64,000 nucleotides of DNA. Origin: Octopus sinensis (lineage: Eukaryota). Under the pieces are notes generated by a model. The model saw only the letters and a list, made by a program, of their open reading frames with translations. It ran no database searches and was not told the DNA's origin. Shown one piece after another: positions 1-14,272 of the stretch; the first letter of the stretch is position 1, and every line of letters begins with the position of its first letter. The translations under genes were made by a program, and so were the position numbers. The stretch lies in assembly GCF_006345805.1 (NCBI RefSeq), contig NC_043003.1, positions 72,044,001-72,108,000 on the forward strand. The letters run 5' to 3'.

Positions 1-533
1 GCACATTTGCCCAATCCCAAGCAAAATCGAAATCATCAGTGTCTCCAGTGCGACTTCATAGCAAACTCCATACTCTGGGACTCAAATTACATTCATGCAT
101 CCATTTCAAATAGATGCAGCTTCTTTTATTCTTTTCTTTTTTAAAATTAGTTTTCTTTTTCCCAATTAAAAAAAAAAATTATATTCAAATCCTCTCCTTT
201 AAACACTCATACGTCGAAATCGAGCGACCATCATAAGCACAAAGCCTGAAGGAATTAGTTGATCACATTGAGCCAGTTTCAAGGGGTACCTATTTTATTG
301 ACCCCGAAGGGAGGAGAGTGGTGGTTACTTGAAGTGCTTTTGGTAACTGAAATGTCCAGGATGTATGGGGTTCTACGATCGCTCCTGGGTGGAGCTCGAT
401 TCTTTGGAGGCATTTTTATTGTTAACTGTGAGTGTTTCTTTTTACTCTTTGCTCATGCTATATGAAAACCGACACTATTTTATGTGTTGCATCGTCATTT
501 TATTTTGTATGCGATCCCTTTGGCCAATAAAGA

Positions 534-534
534 T

Positions 535-577
<43 letters not shown>

Positions 578-1005
578 ACATCATTATCATCATTATTATT
601 GAGTGAGAGAGCAGTGCAAGCCATCAAAGTGACACTGGGGTAAAATATACGATGTCCAGTACAGCCATCATGACTACCCGTCTAATAAGGGAACACCACG
701 CATACGTGCGTGACTGGATGATCTCATATCAAGATAAACAGCGTATGACCTTGCAAGTGGGGTCCAGTTAGAATTTTGTTCCGGTCGAGTAGCTGATCTC
801 GCTCTAATGGTCCCTGAATGAGGGTTGTTCTATGATGTTGAACGAAACACCCATGTTGCCAAAGGTGAATTATCCAAACCCCAAAGAATTCCTCTCAGCC
901 CATGGCTATGATATTCCCTCACTACTTCTGCTCGTTATCAGAGATGCACATATCATCAGCCACTAAGGAACATCCTTAACTGGCTTCCTGTTCTCTATCT
1001 CATAA
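534..1005 (-). mobile_element. Non-autonomous retroposon/SINE-like interspersed repeat ending in an (AAT/GAT)n tail
   Basis: Non-coding body ending (minus strand) ...TGCACTGCTCTCTCACTCAATAATAAT followed by (ATG)n at 534-600; recognised from memory as a common cephalopod repeat, not verified by search. Confidence 0.45.
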
Positions 1006-1117
1006 AATCCCATAGGATCTTTGCATTTCTATTTTCGACGATGCCTCCAGATTTGTAGTCGTACCAATTTTTTGCTCTGTCAAGCCCATACTTGTTGCAA
1101 AATGTCCAATGGAGGAC

Positions 1118-1158
<41 letters not shown>

Positions 1159-2124
1159 TTTAAAATTATCATCATCATCATTATTAGTGTTACACAATAT
1201 GAAGAGTGTGATACAATTTTTAGTAGAGAGTTTGACCCTATTTATTGAATTAAGCAATATTACAGTGATATATCTCTCTTCCTCGGATTCAAAACAAAAA
1301 ATACGCAGATATACAGAAATTCAAAATTTGAGCTGGAATATTATGCATTCCTCTTTAGACAAGACGGCGTCATCAATTTTCGCTTTTTCCATATCTGGTA
1401 ACAAGAAAAACGAAATGTAGAAGAAATAAGAAAATAAAGAAAGAACGAAATAGAACACTTAGTCAAAATCTTTGTGTAATGTGACGGAATTCTGTCATTT
1501 TGTTCATTCCTCACTCCAGGGCGTGCCGTTTGTAATTCCCAAATATATTTATCCTTATGTGTTTTGAGGACTAAAAGTGCAGTGGAGTCAGAATATTTTC
1601 TAAGAATGTGTACTTTCGCGTGTTCCTCGAATTCGCAGTTGTAAAATGTCCGGCAAGTTCCGCCGAAAAATTGTTATCGTTCCTGACCTCATACCTATGC
1701 CCATTGAATCTTTAATTTAATTTTTCTGCTGTGCATCCAACAGAAAATCAAGTTGTCTTTGGCTTATTCCGTTGCGTACACAAAATGGAAATCTTTACAG
1801 ATCTCACCTTCTATATATAAGTCATAACATCCCTGTTATAATTTGATATAGCAAACCCTGTTCATTGTGTAACATATGAGTCAAGTCCACTATAAAAGAA
1901 ACCATCACATGTATAACAGAAATGTGATTTATAAAAAAAGGTAGGACCTGTGAGGATTTTCATTTCGTGTACGGAGCAGAATGCACTAAACGCAATTTAT
2001 TATATTTTTGGTGCACAACAGAAAAATTAAATAAAAAATTCAATGGACATGGCTATGACGTTAGGCATAAACGGCTGTAAATTTGAGGAACACCTGAAAG
2101 TACGCATCATGGACAAGATACTTG

Positions 2125-2258
2125 GCGGTATTTTGTTTGTCTTTACGTTCTAGTTTCAAATGTTGCCGAGGTCGACTTTGCCTTTCATCTTTTTGGGGTT
2201 GATATAATCGACTGTCCCCCTCACCTACAGAATTTCAGGCCTTGTGTCTATAGTAAAA
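2125..2258 (+). mobile_element. Partial tRNA-derived SINE (GGCGAGCTGGCAGAA family)
   Basis: Matches the core GCCGAGGTCGACTTTGCCTTTCATC...GGCCTTGTG seen in fuller copies at 41994-42389 and 57896-58620. Confidence 0.7.
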
Positions 2259-2299
2259 TAAACAGGCTTTTTACAATTGGGTTGTGTGTAATTATGCTC

Positions 2300-4207
2300 G
2301 AGCACTGACCCACACCTCAGAAGCTCAACATCTTTTCCAGCTCATGAATCGTTCCAAGCACCGCAGCCATTTGTGCATTTGTATGCCTAATATTTCAGGT
2401 ATAGCATCCAGATTTATCGAACTTGTTCCGAATGCACCGATAACGAAATTCAGGCTGTTGCTTGATGTATTTCCCGTACCTGGCTCACTAAATCCTGGTA
2501 TTTGCTTTCATCAGCAGGAATAGCGATGTCTGTCATGATCCGTTCATGTGTGTTTGTGCAAAAATGTGATATCAGGGCGCTAAGTCTCCACACGCGCCTG
2601 TCTGTAAAGGGGGTGCGCTGGGAAGTGGTCAGTGCTAATGTGTGCGGGGTGGTGTGATGTGGTGTGGTTTGGTGTGGTATGGTGGTGTGTGGTGGTGTGT
2701 GGGTGGTGGTGTGGTGGTGTAGGGGTATGGGGAAAGGGGCGAGTGGGGGATGGGATGTATGCGGATGATGGGGTTGGAATATGTAGGGGTGGGTAACGAG
2801 GATGAGTGATGATGAAGTAAGAGGTTGGAAGGGAGAAGGTGGATAGAAGTGAAGAAGGGAAGTAGGTTTTAGTACAAGAGAAGAGAGGTGAGTGGGAGGA
2901 AGTAGGTGTGAGAGGAAGAGAGGAGAGAAAAGGAGGGTTAGATGAAGAGGGGAGGAGAGTTGAGCCCATGTGGTGTAAAGGAGTAAAGAGAGAAGATTCA
3001 TTCTTGTTCACGGCAAAGACGGGAGACGGATGGCCCCTGTGGAAGAACAATCCGAACACAGACAGGTGTAGTAAAGAATGACCGGTAGAGCGGAAATGGC
3101 GCGAGACCGGGGTGTCGTGGCCGAGTCTGATATCTCGGAGGTGTTCCGCGAGCGGTCAGCCAAGCGGCGTCCCGTGTGACCGATGCATAGAGAAGGACAG
3201 AGAGAGCAGGAGGTGTAGTAGATGACGTTTCTAGAAGTGCAGTTGACGGATTCAGTGATATGATAGAGTCGATGATGGGTGCCTGTGAGGAGGGCGGTGT
3301 TGGAGAGATAAGGGCAAGTGCGGTAGCGTAGGCGGGAGAAGGGGAACGAGCCGAGTTGGGAGGTTGTGCTAGGGAAGAATCTGTAGACCAAGACGTCTCG
3401 TAGGTTGTGAGCTCGTTTGAAGGAGGGGAGGGGTAGGTTATAGAACATATGCGAAATGGAGGGGTCGGACTGGAGTCGCCGGAAGGCTCATAGAATGGTG
3501 CGTTGGAGATGCAGGGTGGTGAGGCGGTAGGTGAGGGTAAACGGGAGACGAGTGACGGTGGGGCGGGTGCTGGTGCAGAAGCACGGTCCGCGGAATGTGC
3601 TCTGGGAGGGCGGTGTGGATAATGGTGAGGGGATATCCACGTAGGATGAAGTGGCGAGCCATGAGTTGAGACTGAGTCTCAAGGCCATGGTCGTCACTGC
3701 AGAGCCTGTGTAGATGGATGAATTGGGAATAGAGGATGGAGATTTTGGTGTGTTTAGGGTGGGTGGAGGAGAACTTGAGATATGAGTGTGTGTCTGTGTG
3801 TTTGTATTGGATGGAGGTGGTGAGAGTAGAGTCATGAATGCTGACCGAAATGTCATGAAAAACGACTGAAGTGTCGGAACAAGTGCAGGAAAAGTGGGGG
3901 GGGGGCAGGATGGAAAGATTTGACGAAAGAGAGGAACAAGTTTAGATGTTTTCAGGAGTGAGGTCGCACAGATATAGTCGCCAATATAACGACCGTATAG
4001 TTCGGGAGTTGGACCAGTGAAACTTGAGAATATTTGGGCCTCAACGTAGCCAACGAACAGGTTCGCATAGTTGGGGACGTTCTCGTTCCCATGGCTACTC
4101 CTGAGGTCTACTAGCAAAAATCACCCGCGAACGAGAAGCAGTTAAGTGAGAGGACAAGTTCGGTCAGACGGAGAGTGGATGTGTCAGGTTGGTGGTTGGA
4201 TCGAAGG
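2300..4207 (-). mobile_element. 5'-truncated, decayed Penelope-like element (RT C-terminal half + GIY-YIG endonuclease + 3' region)
   Basis: Minus-strand frames give LTELVLSLNCFSF, GVAMGT..PNYANLFVGYVE, LYGRYIGD (YIDD motif mutated), then FKRAHNLRDVLV and NCTSRNVIYYTSCSLCPSLCIGHTGRRL (GIY-YIG with CxxC). Frameshifts and stops present; 5' end abuts (TA)n at 4208. Confidence 0.85.
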
Positions 4208-4245
<38 letters not shown>

Positions 4246-4556
4246 TATTATGTATATGTATATATGTATATAAATTCATGGTGAGAGATTCATAAGCTCA
4301 CCAAACGTTTATATTTATGTTATGTTGTTATAGATAACTCCACTATGTGCATATATACATTCACTGAACTATGTATGTACACTTACTCGTTTTAACTATT
4401 TGGATTAGTGTTCATACGTAGCTGTGTTCATTCGTATGAATGTGTATGGTGGAATATATATACGTATGTATGCATGCGTATATGTACGTATGTATGTACC
4501 TGGGAATGTTTGTGTGTGTAAGACAGTGTGTGTGTATGCATGTATGTATGTATATA

Positions 4557-4621
<65 letters not shown>

Positions 4622-4676
4622 GTATGTATAGGTATACATAGATATATATAAATTCATATGTATATATGTGTGTGTG

Positions 4677-4724
<48 letters not shown>

Positions 4725-5072
4725 TATGTATACACGTATATACATATACATATGTGTGAATCTGAGTGTGTGTATGTGTGTGTGTTTGTGCGTGTGTGTA
4801 TGTATTTCCGTGTATGTTAGCAAGTATTAGGTGTCAGTTATCCAGTCAGAGCGTTTTGATATTGTTTCTCTGGCATCCTGGATCAAACATAACGCACCTG
4901 GCAGGTGTGTTTCAAATTATTGTGTTGACCTAAATAATCTCTTTGTGTATTGCCCAATAAATACAGAACAACAACGCTTCTATGTCCCTCTTTAGTCTTC
5001 CTCTCTGCTGGAATTATCTCTCCTTAAATCTTCTCGTTCTGTCTCTCTCCAGTTAGTATGCATATATGTATG

Positions 5073-5170
<98 letters not shown>

Positions 5171-5659
5171 TATATGTATGTTTATGCGTACATACATACA
5201 TACAAAAAACACACACACACGCACACATATATAAGTACTTATATATATGCATATATGTATATACGTATGTATATGTGTATATCTGTATATATGTATGAAT
5301 GAATATATATATACATACATATATACATACATACATATATACATACATACGTATATACATGCATACGTTCCTAACGACACATACATGTGTGTATGTATTT
5401 ATGCATTTACATGTACGTCTCTGTTTCTCTTTCTTTCCCCTTCTTCCTGATTTTCTTTCCCCCAATTAATTAATCTTTACATCTCATCGTTGTGTTTCTT
5501 TATAACGAAAGTAAGGAATAAACCAGTCAAACTAATGCTGCAGCGCAGTTTCCATACCTGAACCTATTTTTTATCTATATCATATCTTGATTAAATGTAT
5601 TTCTATTACAGATTTCTATCTCTCACTTTGCTATCATTGTTTCGTAAGCTTTCTAATTT

Positions 5660-5990
5660 CCGCGAGACTAAGACACATCAAACGGCCATAGGTATCTTGG
5701 ACAAGATGAAAAAGTCTTCTATGGAGCTATCAATAAGGGGAGGACAAGGAATGTACAACTCAGCAGTTAAAAAAATATGGTTATCTGAACTCCCAGCTCA
5801 CATGAATTATTTTGAGAACAACCCCTTTGCAGTGCTATACTCACGTCCACATTTGGACTTCAAAACTGGTCACTACAAGAGTTCAACAAGATAGAGGTAC
5901 AAACTTGCAAGCTACTCAATGTTACTACAAATATAAACATCGTTTAAGATGAAGACAGACTATACTTCCTTGCTGGATGATGGCTGTGAT
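5660..5990 (+). mobile_element. Highly decayed CR1/L2-like LINE RT C-terminal fragment
   Basis: AVLYSRPHLDF resembles the LY..FVRPHLE(Y/F) motif of CR1/L2-group ORF2; otherwise degenerate. Confidence 0.35.
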
Positions 5991-6057
5991 CTTAAATCAG
6001 TATTGATGTCAAATGAAGCACTTAAATTTGTATTTGAAAGTTATTAGTATGAAGTGG

Positions 6058-6300
6058 GGGAGGCAGCGAGTTGGCTGAATCGTTACGACGCCGGACAAAA
6101 TACTCAACAGCATTTCGTCTGGGTTTACGTTCTGAGTTCAAATTTTGCCTATGCCGACTTTGCCTCTTATCCTTTCGTAGTCGACTTTGCCTCTTATCCT
6201 TTCGTGGTTAACTTTGCCTCTCATCCTTTCGTGTTCGAGTTTACCTCTCATCCTTTCGTGGTCAACGAAATGAGTATCAGTCGAGTATTGAGACGATGAA
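6058..6300 (+). mobile_element. tRNA-derived SINE with an internal 4 x 27-bp tandem expansion
   Basis: Head GGCAGCGAGTTGGCTGAATCGTTA, B-box-like GAGTTCAAAT, then the GACTTTGCCTCTTATCCTTTCG unit repeated with period 27 (6155-6263). Confidence 0.8.
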
Positions 6301-6638
6301 ATTTATTAACACCAACCCAAATATTTCATTCTTGTGCTTATTGTAAATATAATTCTATATTTAGGGGGCTTACACCGGTCAAAAGTTATTTTTGTGGTCA
6401 TTTGTAAGAATTCAATAGCACAACCTTGATATTTAAACCGTTAGACTCTTGTTTAAACTTTAACTGAGCATTTTATTTTAACATTTTAACTGGCACATTT
6501 GGTAACGGTCCTACACACGAGTCTTTGAAGGCAATATGGTAATCTTTATCGCTGGATAGACCAAGCATAAGAGATCAGTCGTATGTCTCACTACACCCAC
6601 TCATACGCACACATTCATACATGCACATACTTTTCCTC

Positions 6639-6721
<83 letters not shown>

Positions 6722-6727
<6 letters not shown>

Positions 6728-6850
6728 CGCATGACTCAGTGGTTAGAGCATCGAGCTTACGATCGTGAGGTTGTGAGTTCGAATCTCGGACTGGGCTACG
6801 TGTTATGTACTTGAGCAAGACACTTTATTTCACGTTGCACTTCACTTTCA
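6722..6850 (+). mobile_element. 3'-truncated tRNA-derived SINE (GGCGCATGGCTCAGTGG family)
   Basis: A-box-like TCAGTGGTTAGAGC and B-box GAGTTCGAATC; near-identical to the head of the copy at 36024-36364. Confidence 0.8.
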
Positions 6851-7225
6851 GGAACAATACTGGTTTATTGAGGTGAAAGGTTGTGGATTTTTTCCGATCG
6901 AAGTACAATAAACTGGAAGAAATTATCTTATATTTCATAGTAGGTAGCCAGGCTTGCCGGATATACGAATAAAAATACAAGATTTAAGAAACGGTGTAGA
7001 TAAAATCCGAGCTACATATGTTTCGTAGCGAGTGGTACTTCGGAAATGGTAAATATACAAGCGAGAAGTATACCGCAGGTGACTTTCGAGGCCAAGTGCA
7101 TTTTAATTAAATGAAAGTTTACATTGTCGCAAGGAGGAACATGTTATCACACGGACGATTCGATCTGAATGTGCAGAAAGCATAGAGTGGAGAATATAAT
7201 TGTGAAGAGAAAATGGGAATATAAG

Positions 7226-7305
<80 letters not shown>

Positions 7306-7940
7306 GATAAATGATCATGATACGAAATGGAATGAGGAATTTTTCATGTGCCAATGGGAACCGTTGAAACAATTAAACCAATTTATTACAGCAAAATAAT
7401 TTGAGTAATAAAGTTTTCTTCAATTTTATTTTAGTACGGTGATCTTATCACCGTAACGCGATATCAGATTAAAGATAGAGTAGAAAACAGGAATACTAGT
7501 GACGGAACATCTCAAATAGAATCGTAAATTATTTTGAAATCTCGAAGAATGTTAACGAAGTCAAAGTGAATCATACTCTAAAATGATTTAATAACAAAAG
7601 AGGTTCTGTTGAGAGTTTCTTTTTCTTTCCGTAAGAAAAGATGAGCTAAATTTGGTTTAGTTTTGAGGGTAATTAGCGATAGGGTTTGACACACGCACAC
7701 ACACATATACAATCATTCACTTATACCTACATAAACATAAACATGAATACAAAAATAGATAAAGATACAGAAGTACGTGTATGTGCATATGTGTGTATGA
7801 ATATATTTGTAAATAACTGGATGTGTGACACTACACATAGGTATGTCTTGTTTTGAAACACGCTGACATACATTTATATATGTATCTATAGTATTCTTGT
7901 GTCTATTTATATACATTACAAATGGGGTGTGTACTTTATT

Positions 7941-7976
<36 letters not shown>

Positions 7977-8356
7977 TGTGTGTGTTTGTGTGTGTTGGTA
8001 TTACTGATCAAATTATTTCGTTCGTGAACACTGAACTTTTAAAAAATTCCCATGCATTCAAGAATATTGTAGAAGGAATCTCATAAAGATGGTATTTGCT
8101 GTCTTTCATTCTCAGAATAGCGTCTTTGTAATACCGGAAGCTTATAATTTCAAATTCTTCTACGTTTTAATAAACAATGAATCATATTCAGTTTACAGCC
8201 ACTGGGCTAACGGAACGCCTTTGTCCTGCTTCAAACAACTAAACTTAATTTATAGTAAGTAAGAATATGTGTATACACACACACACACACACATATATAT
8301 AAACAGAAACTCGCCCCGAAAGGAACTGCAAGAGTAAGTTGGCAAATAATCGTTAC

Positions 8357-8404
<48 letters not shown>

Positions 8405-8407
<3 letters not shown>

Positions 8408-9310
8408 GGTGCAGTGAATATACTGTCGCTTAAATTACGCAAAAATGAAAATAACATTGACATCTCATTTCAATATATATTCACCGAAATTACATAGAAA
8501 TATCTTGAAATACTAAAGAGTAAATTTATTCAATAAAATCGCCATTGGCTTCAACCACGCCCTCCGGACGACTCCGGAATCTCTGCAACTCTTCTGGACG
8601 GTCTCCTTGTTTAAGTTGATGAATGCTGCCATACTCCTTACCCTCAGTTCATCTTTGGTGTTATAAGGAGTTTTGTTGGCCTCTCGCTCAACTGCGCACC
8701 ACACATAATAATCAAGGGGGTTAGGTGCCCAGAGTTACCACACATAATAATCAAAGGGAGTTAGGTGATCAGATGTTACGAGTGATGTGGTCGCAGAAAT
8801 TGTCTGACAGCCATGGCTGGATTCTCCTGCTTGTGTGGCATGGTGCAGAGTCCTGTTGGCAGACATAGGGTCTTCCAGCAGCCACCCTCCTGACCCAGGG
8901 CAGCACTATCTCCTCCAGGCATTTGATGTAGGCCTCCGTTTTAGTCTGATGCTGTGGGGAAAGATGAATGGAGGTATACCGTCGCCATCACTAGTGATCA
9001 CTCCAAACACCATGATGTTTACTGAATGTTTTGATTTTTATCACTCTCGATACATGATCTCAGATTGCACTGTCTGCAGATTGACAACAAAAAACTCTTA
9101 AATGTTCGTAATTGAGCTTCCTGCACGAACAATGCAATACAGTATGTCGTTTCCAAATTTCTAGCAGAGTGAATTGCGTCATGGTGCTGTTTTTTCTCGC
9201 AGACAGTGCCCAACTGACTCTACTTTTCGTGTAGTCGACAAAATCAAAAACAAATAAAGCGCATCCGCGAAATTAAAAATATATGGTGACAATTTACTCA
9301 CCGCATGCTG
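8405..9310 (-). mobile_element. Internally deleted Tc1/mariner-superfamily transposon (maT/DD37D-like)
   Basis: Minus strand encodes PLDYYVWCAVEREANKTPYNTKDELR...NLNKETVQKSCR. Degenerate 25-bp TIRs (18/25 match: CAGGGTGCAGTGAATATACTGTCGC vs CAGCATGCGGTGAGTAAATTGTCAC); sits within TA-rich repeats. Confidence 0.8.
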
Positions 9311-9320
9311 TTTATGTATG

Positions 9321-9381
<61 letters not shown>

Positions 9382-9411
9382 TCATACGCACACATGTAAC
9401 TAGATACACAC

Positions 9412-9477
<66 letters not shown>

Positions 9478-9516
9478 TCATACGCACACACGTAACTAGA
9501 TACACACATGTATATA

Positions 9517-9589
<73 letters not shown>

Positions 9590-9603
9590 TATATATTATA
9601 TAT

Positions 9604-9673
<70 letters not shown>

Positions 9674-9786
9674 TATATATTCATTCCTATGGTTGACAAG
9701 TTCATCATAGGAACCAGGTCAGTGATTTTACATATTTGATCCTTAACCGTGAGTCCAACAAAGTAATTCGGTTGGACTGACGATTA

Positions 9787-9900
<114 letters not shown>

Positions 9901-10032
9901 AAGGACCAAAGTGTCGTGCTATAATTACTTCATTTGAGCGTTCGGTTTCTCTTGTGTCATATAAATCAATACTTGTGCCAGCCTCTAGACACTTCAAGCC
10001 TATGATTGAAAACTTTTAAGCATTTATACCTC

Positions 10033-10115
<83 letters not shown>

Positions 10116-10639
10116 TCTCTCTCTCTATTTCTTAATCACATTCAAACACAGCACACTCACCACATACACATACAACACACACACACAGACGTGCGTCCTC
10201 CATCCACAATTTTATGTTTTTTACCGGGCAGATTCTTTCTTGATTACATGGTTGGGCTGTACATCGGTTGTATGGTAAAATTAATTACCACGTAACCAAG
10301 TCCCAACATCAGCCAAGGTTGTTTACATTCACAAATGATAACGAACTTTTACATATATCTAATTCTATTTCAGTCAGAAGTCTAACGTTTTCCCGTCATC
10401 AATATTGCAATTTGGCTCAACATATCCTTTTCCATTTTGTTTTTCGATCTGGTTGCAGGTCAGTTTTCTCTTTTTTTTTTTATTTCTATAGTAACGTTGA
10501 TTGTTTAAATCCAGTTAAAAGTAAGTGGTCGATATAAGCGTTATTATTTATCCTGTTGATACAACCGATGTAAAGTTGTACTTATATTATTAGTGAATTT
10601 AATTCAATATAAAATTTACACTGTAATTAATAAACTATT

Positions 10640-11740
10640 CGTGTGCAGGACCTAAAGAAACGGGAAACTGTTGCGGCATTTGCGCATGTACCTGCTTATC
10701 ATGAGTTTCAGAGTTGGTGTCTGTGTGACGTTGTTTGAAAGTATTTTTCCCGTTCGTTGGAAACAAGTAGTTTTTTGCAGGTTTCATTTTCCTTTCTTTT
10801 TGTTTTTTTCTGTGGTTCACCTTCCGCTCTTTATACTATTTCCCAGCCCCTTGCCTCAGCACATGTCTGAGTGGCCTGAAGTTTGGGGTGCATGTTTTGT
10901 CAGGGTTTTTAGTTTTGTTCTTTTATTCTTCTCGTGTATGTTTTGGGGCGTCCTGTTGTTGTTGCTGTTGGTAAAGTGGTAGCTTTTGAGCACGGTGCTT
11001 CATTTATTTTGTTTGTTGCTGTTACTTCCATTGCTGATCTTGTAGCTTTTATTATTGTTGTTGCTGCGGTCGCTGCTGCTTTCACGAGTAAATAATTTTA
11101 CTGTTACAGCCGTTGTTTTATGTTGTTGGTATTGTGGTTACACGCCACTGTTGGTACTGTTGCAGCTGTGGTAATGGGGTCGGAAGTAGTGAGGATATTC
11201 CTACCCATCCCTTTGCAGTGAACAGGATGTTTTAAATGGTTTGTATCACCACATAAGTAAACCTTTCTTCTCTCAAACACCACAAACAATTGCAAGCCAT
11301 CTGGTAGATTAATCAGATTAGGGATGGTTTCCATACTTTCTTAATCCATTTGGATCAATTACATCATTCCAGCTTTATTTTTACCACTCTTCGTCCAGGA
11401 TAGATTGGTATGAAGACCAATTCATCATTCCTTAGTGACATTACAGAGTACTTCTTGGCCTTGGCCTCGATTGGAAATCTCACTTTTCCCTCTAACGACG
11501 TATGTTTTGATGACCAACATTGGTTTGAAACACTTGTTACTTTAATTATTTGTCACTTGTTTTACTTTTCTGCATCTCAGTCCCATACATCTGTTTATGA
11601 TATTTTCTTCAACTGTGTTTTCTTGAATCTTTTGCGGTATGTTTACAGATACAGTACACCCCGATTTACTTCGGAAATGTTTTGCATTTTTCAAGTGCTG
11701 CGAAGGTAAAGAAATAGCTTCTTGTATCCAAATCACATCA
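10640..11740 (-). mobile_element. Decayed ORF1 (gag-like) region of a Tx1/L1-type LINE
   Basis: KVRFPIEAKAKKYSVMSLRNDELVFIPIYPGRRVVKI followed by IPNLINLPDGLQLFVVFERRKVYLCGDTNHLK (eroded CCHC knuckle) and a low-complexity K/T/N-rich tail. Confidence 0.5.
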
Positions 11741-12129
11741 GTGAAAATGCTTTTATTTGGGTTGTCTGTTATGATGATGTAGTTATTTATGTTTTTAGTA
11801 CTAAAACAAATTGTGATAGTGGTGGTGGTGATGTCATTGTAAGGTGAGGTCGTTCACACTTGTAATAATTTGTGGCCTTTTCATTTTTGTTGCTGATGCT
11901 GTTGTATCTGACGGCAACGGTGGTGGTAGTGCTCTTTTGGCTTAAGATGAGGAAGACAGCTTTAAGAGGAATATTCCAATCGCTGTTTACACTCCTCCAG
12001 CTTGCTGTCAAATATTTCAACGCCATGCTTTGATTTTTCAATGGGTACCTCCAAGAAAAAATTACAAATTTCACTATGAAGGGTGAAAACTAAACGGAAC
12101 TAATCAATCTCTAAGTAATATTGTCAGGA

Positions 12130-13200
12130 AAATAAGAAAACAACTTACAATGCACAGAAGAATGCATTCTCAAGTGGCTGTAAACAGATTATATAGGAAA
12201 AGAGCAGCAAGAAGAGGATTTATAAGTATCGAAGAAGTAGTAGAACTAGAAAAGACAAGTTTAGGCTCAAGAAACACACCTTAAGGAGGTAATAAAGGAC
12301 TATTAAGTGAATTTGTAAAATCCAATAAGAGAAAACAGAAACACTTGAAAAACAGGAAACGAAACTTAACGTGGAAGAAATTTCGTTACGTTTTCCAAAG
12401 AAATACTAAAGAGATAAATGATCGCAAGGACAACTAGTTATGAGTTAAATAGGAAGAAGTAATGAATAAAGTGATCAAGAGAAAAAGTTTAGCATCACAG
12501 AAACAGGCCGTAAGAAAAACTTGGATCAAAGGAATGTTAAATCAGTGGCACTGTTCGCCAAAATATAGAAAGTACGATGATTCAGATGATACTACAACTC
12601 ACTTTGTATCGGAAAGTCCATTGTTGTCTCAGAATGAATATAAAAAGGAAGCATGATAGGACTGCTGAGTTAATTCACTGGGATTTTTGAAGGAATTTGG
12701 TTTTTGCATGCACAGGACAGGGTTAAATCCATTTTGTGCGAATAGAAATGCTCGAGAACGACAAAGTGAGGTTGTTGTGGGAGTTTTCTTGACAAACTGC
12801 AAAACTATACCATACAATATGATAAGAAACAGTATACTGAAATAGGCGTTGTATGTCCATTAAAAATTGTATGAAATCCTGAAATCTTGAAATACTGGCA
12901 GAAAGAAATTAAAGCTATCATTATCCTGCAAATTATCATTCGAGTCTTGGGAACAATGAGTAAGAATTTGGAAGCAATGTTTGAAAAACTTTATGTTAAT
13001 ATGTAAGTGGGTGTACTGCAGAAAATGTGTACTAGATTTAGTCAGAAACAATAATCTGGAATGTCCACAATTCAAACTAAGGACACATATTAAGAATAGG
13101 AAAAAAAAACTGTTGTATAGAAGATATAAAATGTTCCTAATTCTTCAACATCAATAGTGAAAAGCAACAGCTCATCAACGATTATGATAATGAATAATAA
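12130..13200 (+). mobile_element. Decayed R4/Dong-like (REL endonuclease) non-LTR retrotransposon 3' part
   Basis: Frames recall VNRLYRKR..RGFISIEE, SPKYRKYDDSDDTTTHFVSESPLLSQNEYK (eroded CCHC), IIRVLGTMSKNLE and VGVLQK; ends in a degenerate (TAA)-like tail near 13185-13200. Confidence 0.65.
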
Positions 13201-13399
13201 TATTTCTTTCTTTATTAATTACAAAGGGATTAAAGAAATATAAAAATGCAAAATTTTCACGAAGGGTTACATAGAAAGAAAGGATAACGTAGAGTTTGAA
13301 AAACAAAAATACATTTACAAATTCCAAAAGGAATAAAAAATGTTATACAATATATGGAATGACGTACTAATAAATTAAAAAATATATTTACGTGCATCG

Positions 13400-14272
13400 T
13401 GCATTCCAAAAGTTTACGGACGTTTTCTGAAGAGATATTTATTAATTTCAAAGAAGTGTAAAACTCTGATCTCCTTCAAAATAGGATTCCCTGGCTCCAA
13501 TGCATTTGCAGCGTTCCAGACACTTCGTGACTGCGCCATAGAAGTCTTCTAAAGTGAAGGTGTCCAGGACCTTAGATACAGCCTTCTTCATCTACAAAAC
13601 GGCTCCCCCTGAAGTTCTTCGGCATGAGGAAGAGCCAAGAGTCAGAGGGATCAAGGTCTGAACTATTTTGATGCTCATCTCTATGAAGTAGTTGGTGATG
13701 ATCAAGATGCTCATCGCTGAGTACCCTGGGAACAAAATGTTTACATGTTTAAATATTCATGAATAATTCTGTGTTCAGTTACCGCACAAACTCCAAACTG
13801 TGTGCTAGCTGTCTTTATAGACACGCAACGCTTTTCATCCAGAAGATTGTGAATATTCTCAACCAGTTCTATTCTAACGTCCCTTTCCCTCTCACATCTT
13901 TGTTCGTCTCTCACCAATCTCTACCATCTTTAAGCCTCATGTAGCAGTCAAAAAGTTAATCCACATGCAGTCTGCAGCATTTCATAGGTTTCTGTAGTAT
14001 TTTTGCTTATTTAATACAAAGCATTATTGCATATCGAGCTTCTAAAAGTCTCTACTATGTTCTGCAGACTAGTCAGCTGTGATAAGCAGTGTTTAGTGTG
14101 GTGTGTTCAAAGTACTGTTACAGCTGTCTCCTTCAATCTGGAATAACAAAAGTTGGCAGGTCAGCTTATTGGATGCATAGTAATGAAGTAATGATATACT
14201 AAAATTACAGTAATTTAGTACAGTTTATAAAGTCTCTCCTAAAATAACTGAAGCCTTCTGAAATGAACCTCG
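13400..14272 (-). mobile_element. Decayed mariner transposon with internal deletion
   Basis: Minus strand gives HTH-region ELVENIHNLLDEKRCVSIKTASTQFGV..HRIIHE and C-terminal DLDPSDSWLF..NFRGSRF..AVSKVLDTFTLEDFYGAVTKCLER..YFEG; terminus ...GAACCTCG|TA at 14272. Ends approximate. Confidence 0.7.

Noticed and set aside
2330-2525. CTGATGA on the minus strand in the Penelope 3' region
   Set aside because: No properly placed GAAA or NUH and stem I is broken; at best a dead hammerhead.
2620-3000. G/T- and purine-rich tract as a telomere-like or G-quadruplex regulatory element
   Set aside because: Irregular, no fixed unit; explained as low-complexity 3' region of the Penelope-like element.
4412-5465. 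Long ORFs rich in YI/VC/TH/SL dipeptide repeats here and throughout the track (e.g. 32066-32755, 52244-53593)
   Set aside because: Translations of (TA)n, (CA)n and (GA)n microsatellites; no coding signal.
6155-6263. Short regularly spaced repeats as a CRISPR-like array
   Set aside because: No unique spacers, eukaryotic context, embedded in a SINE.
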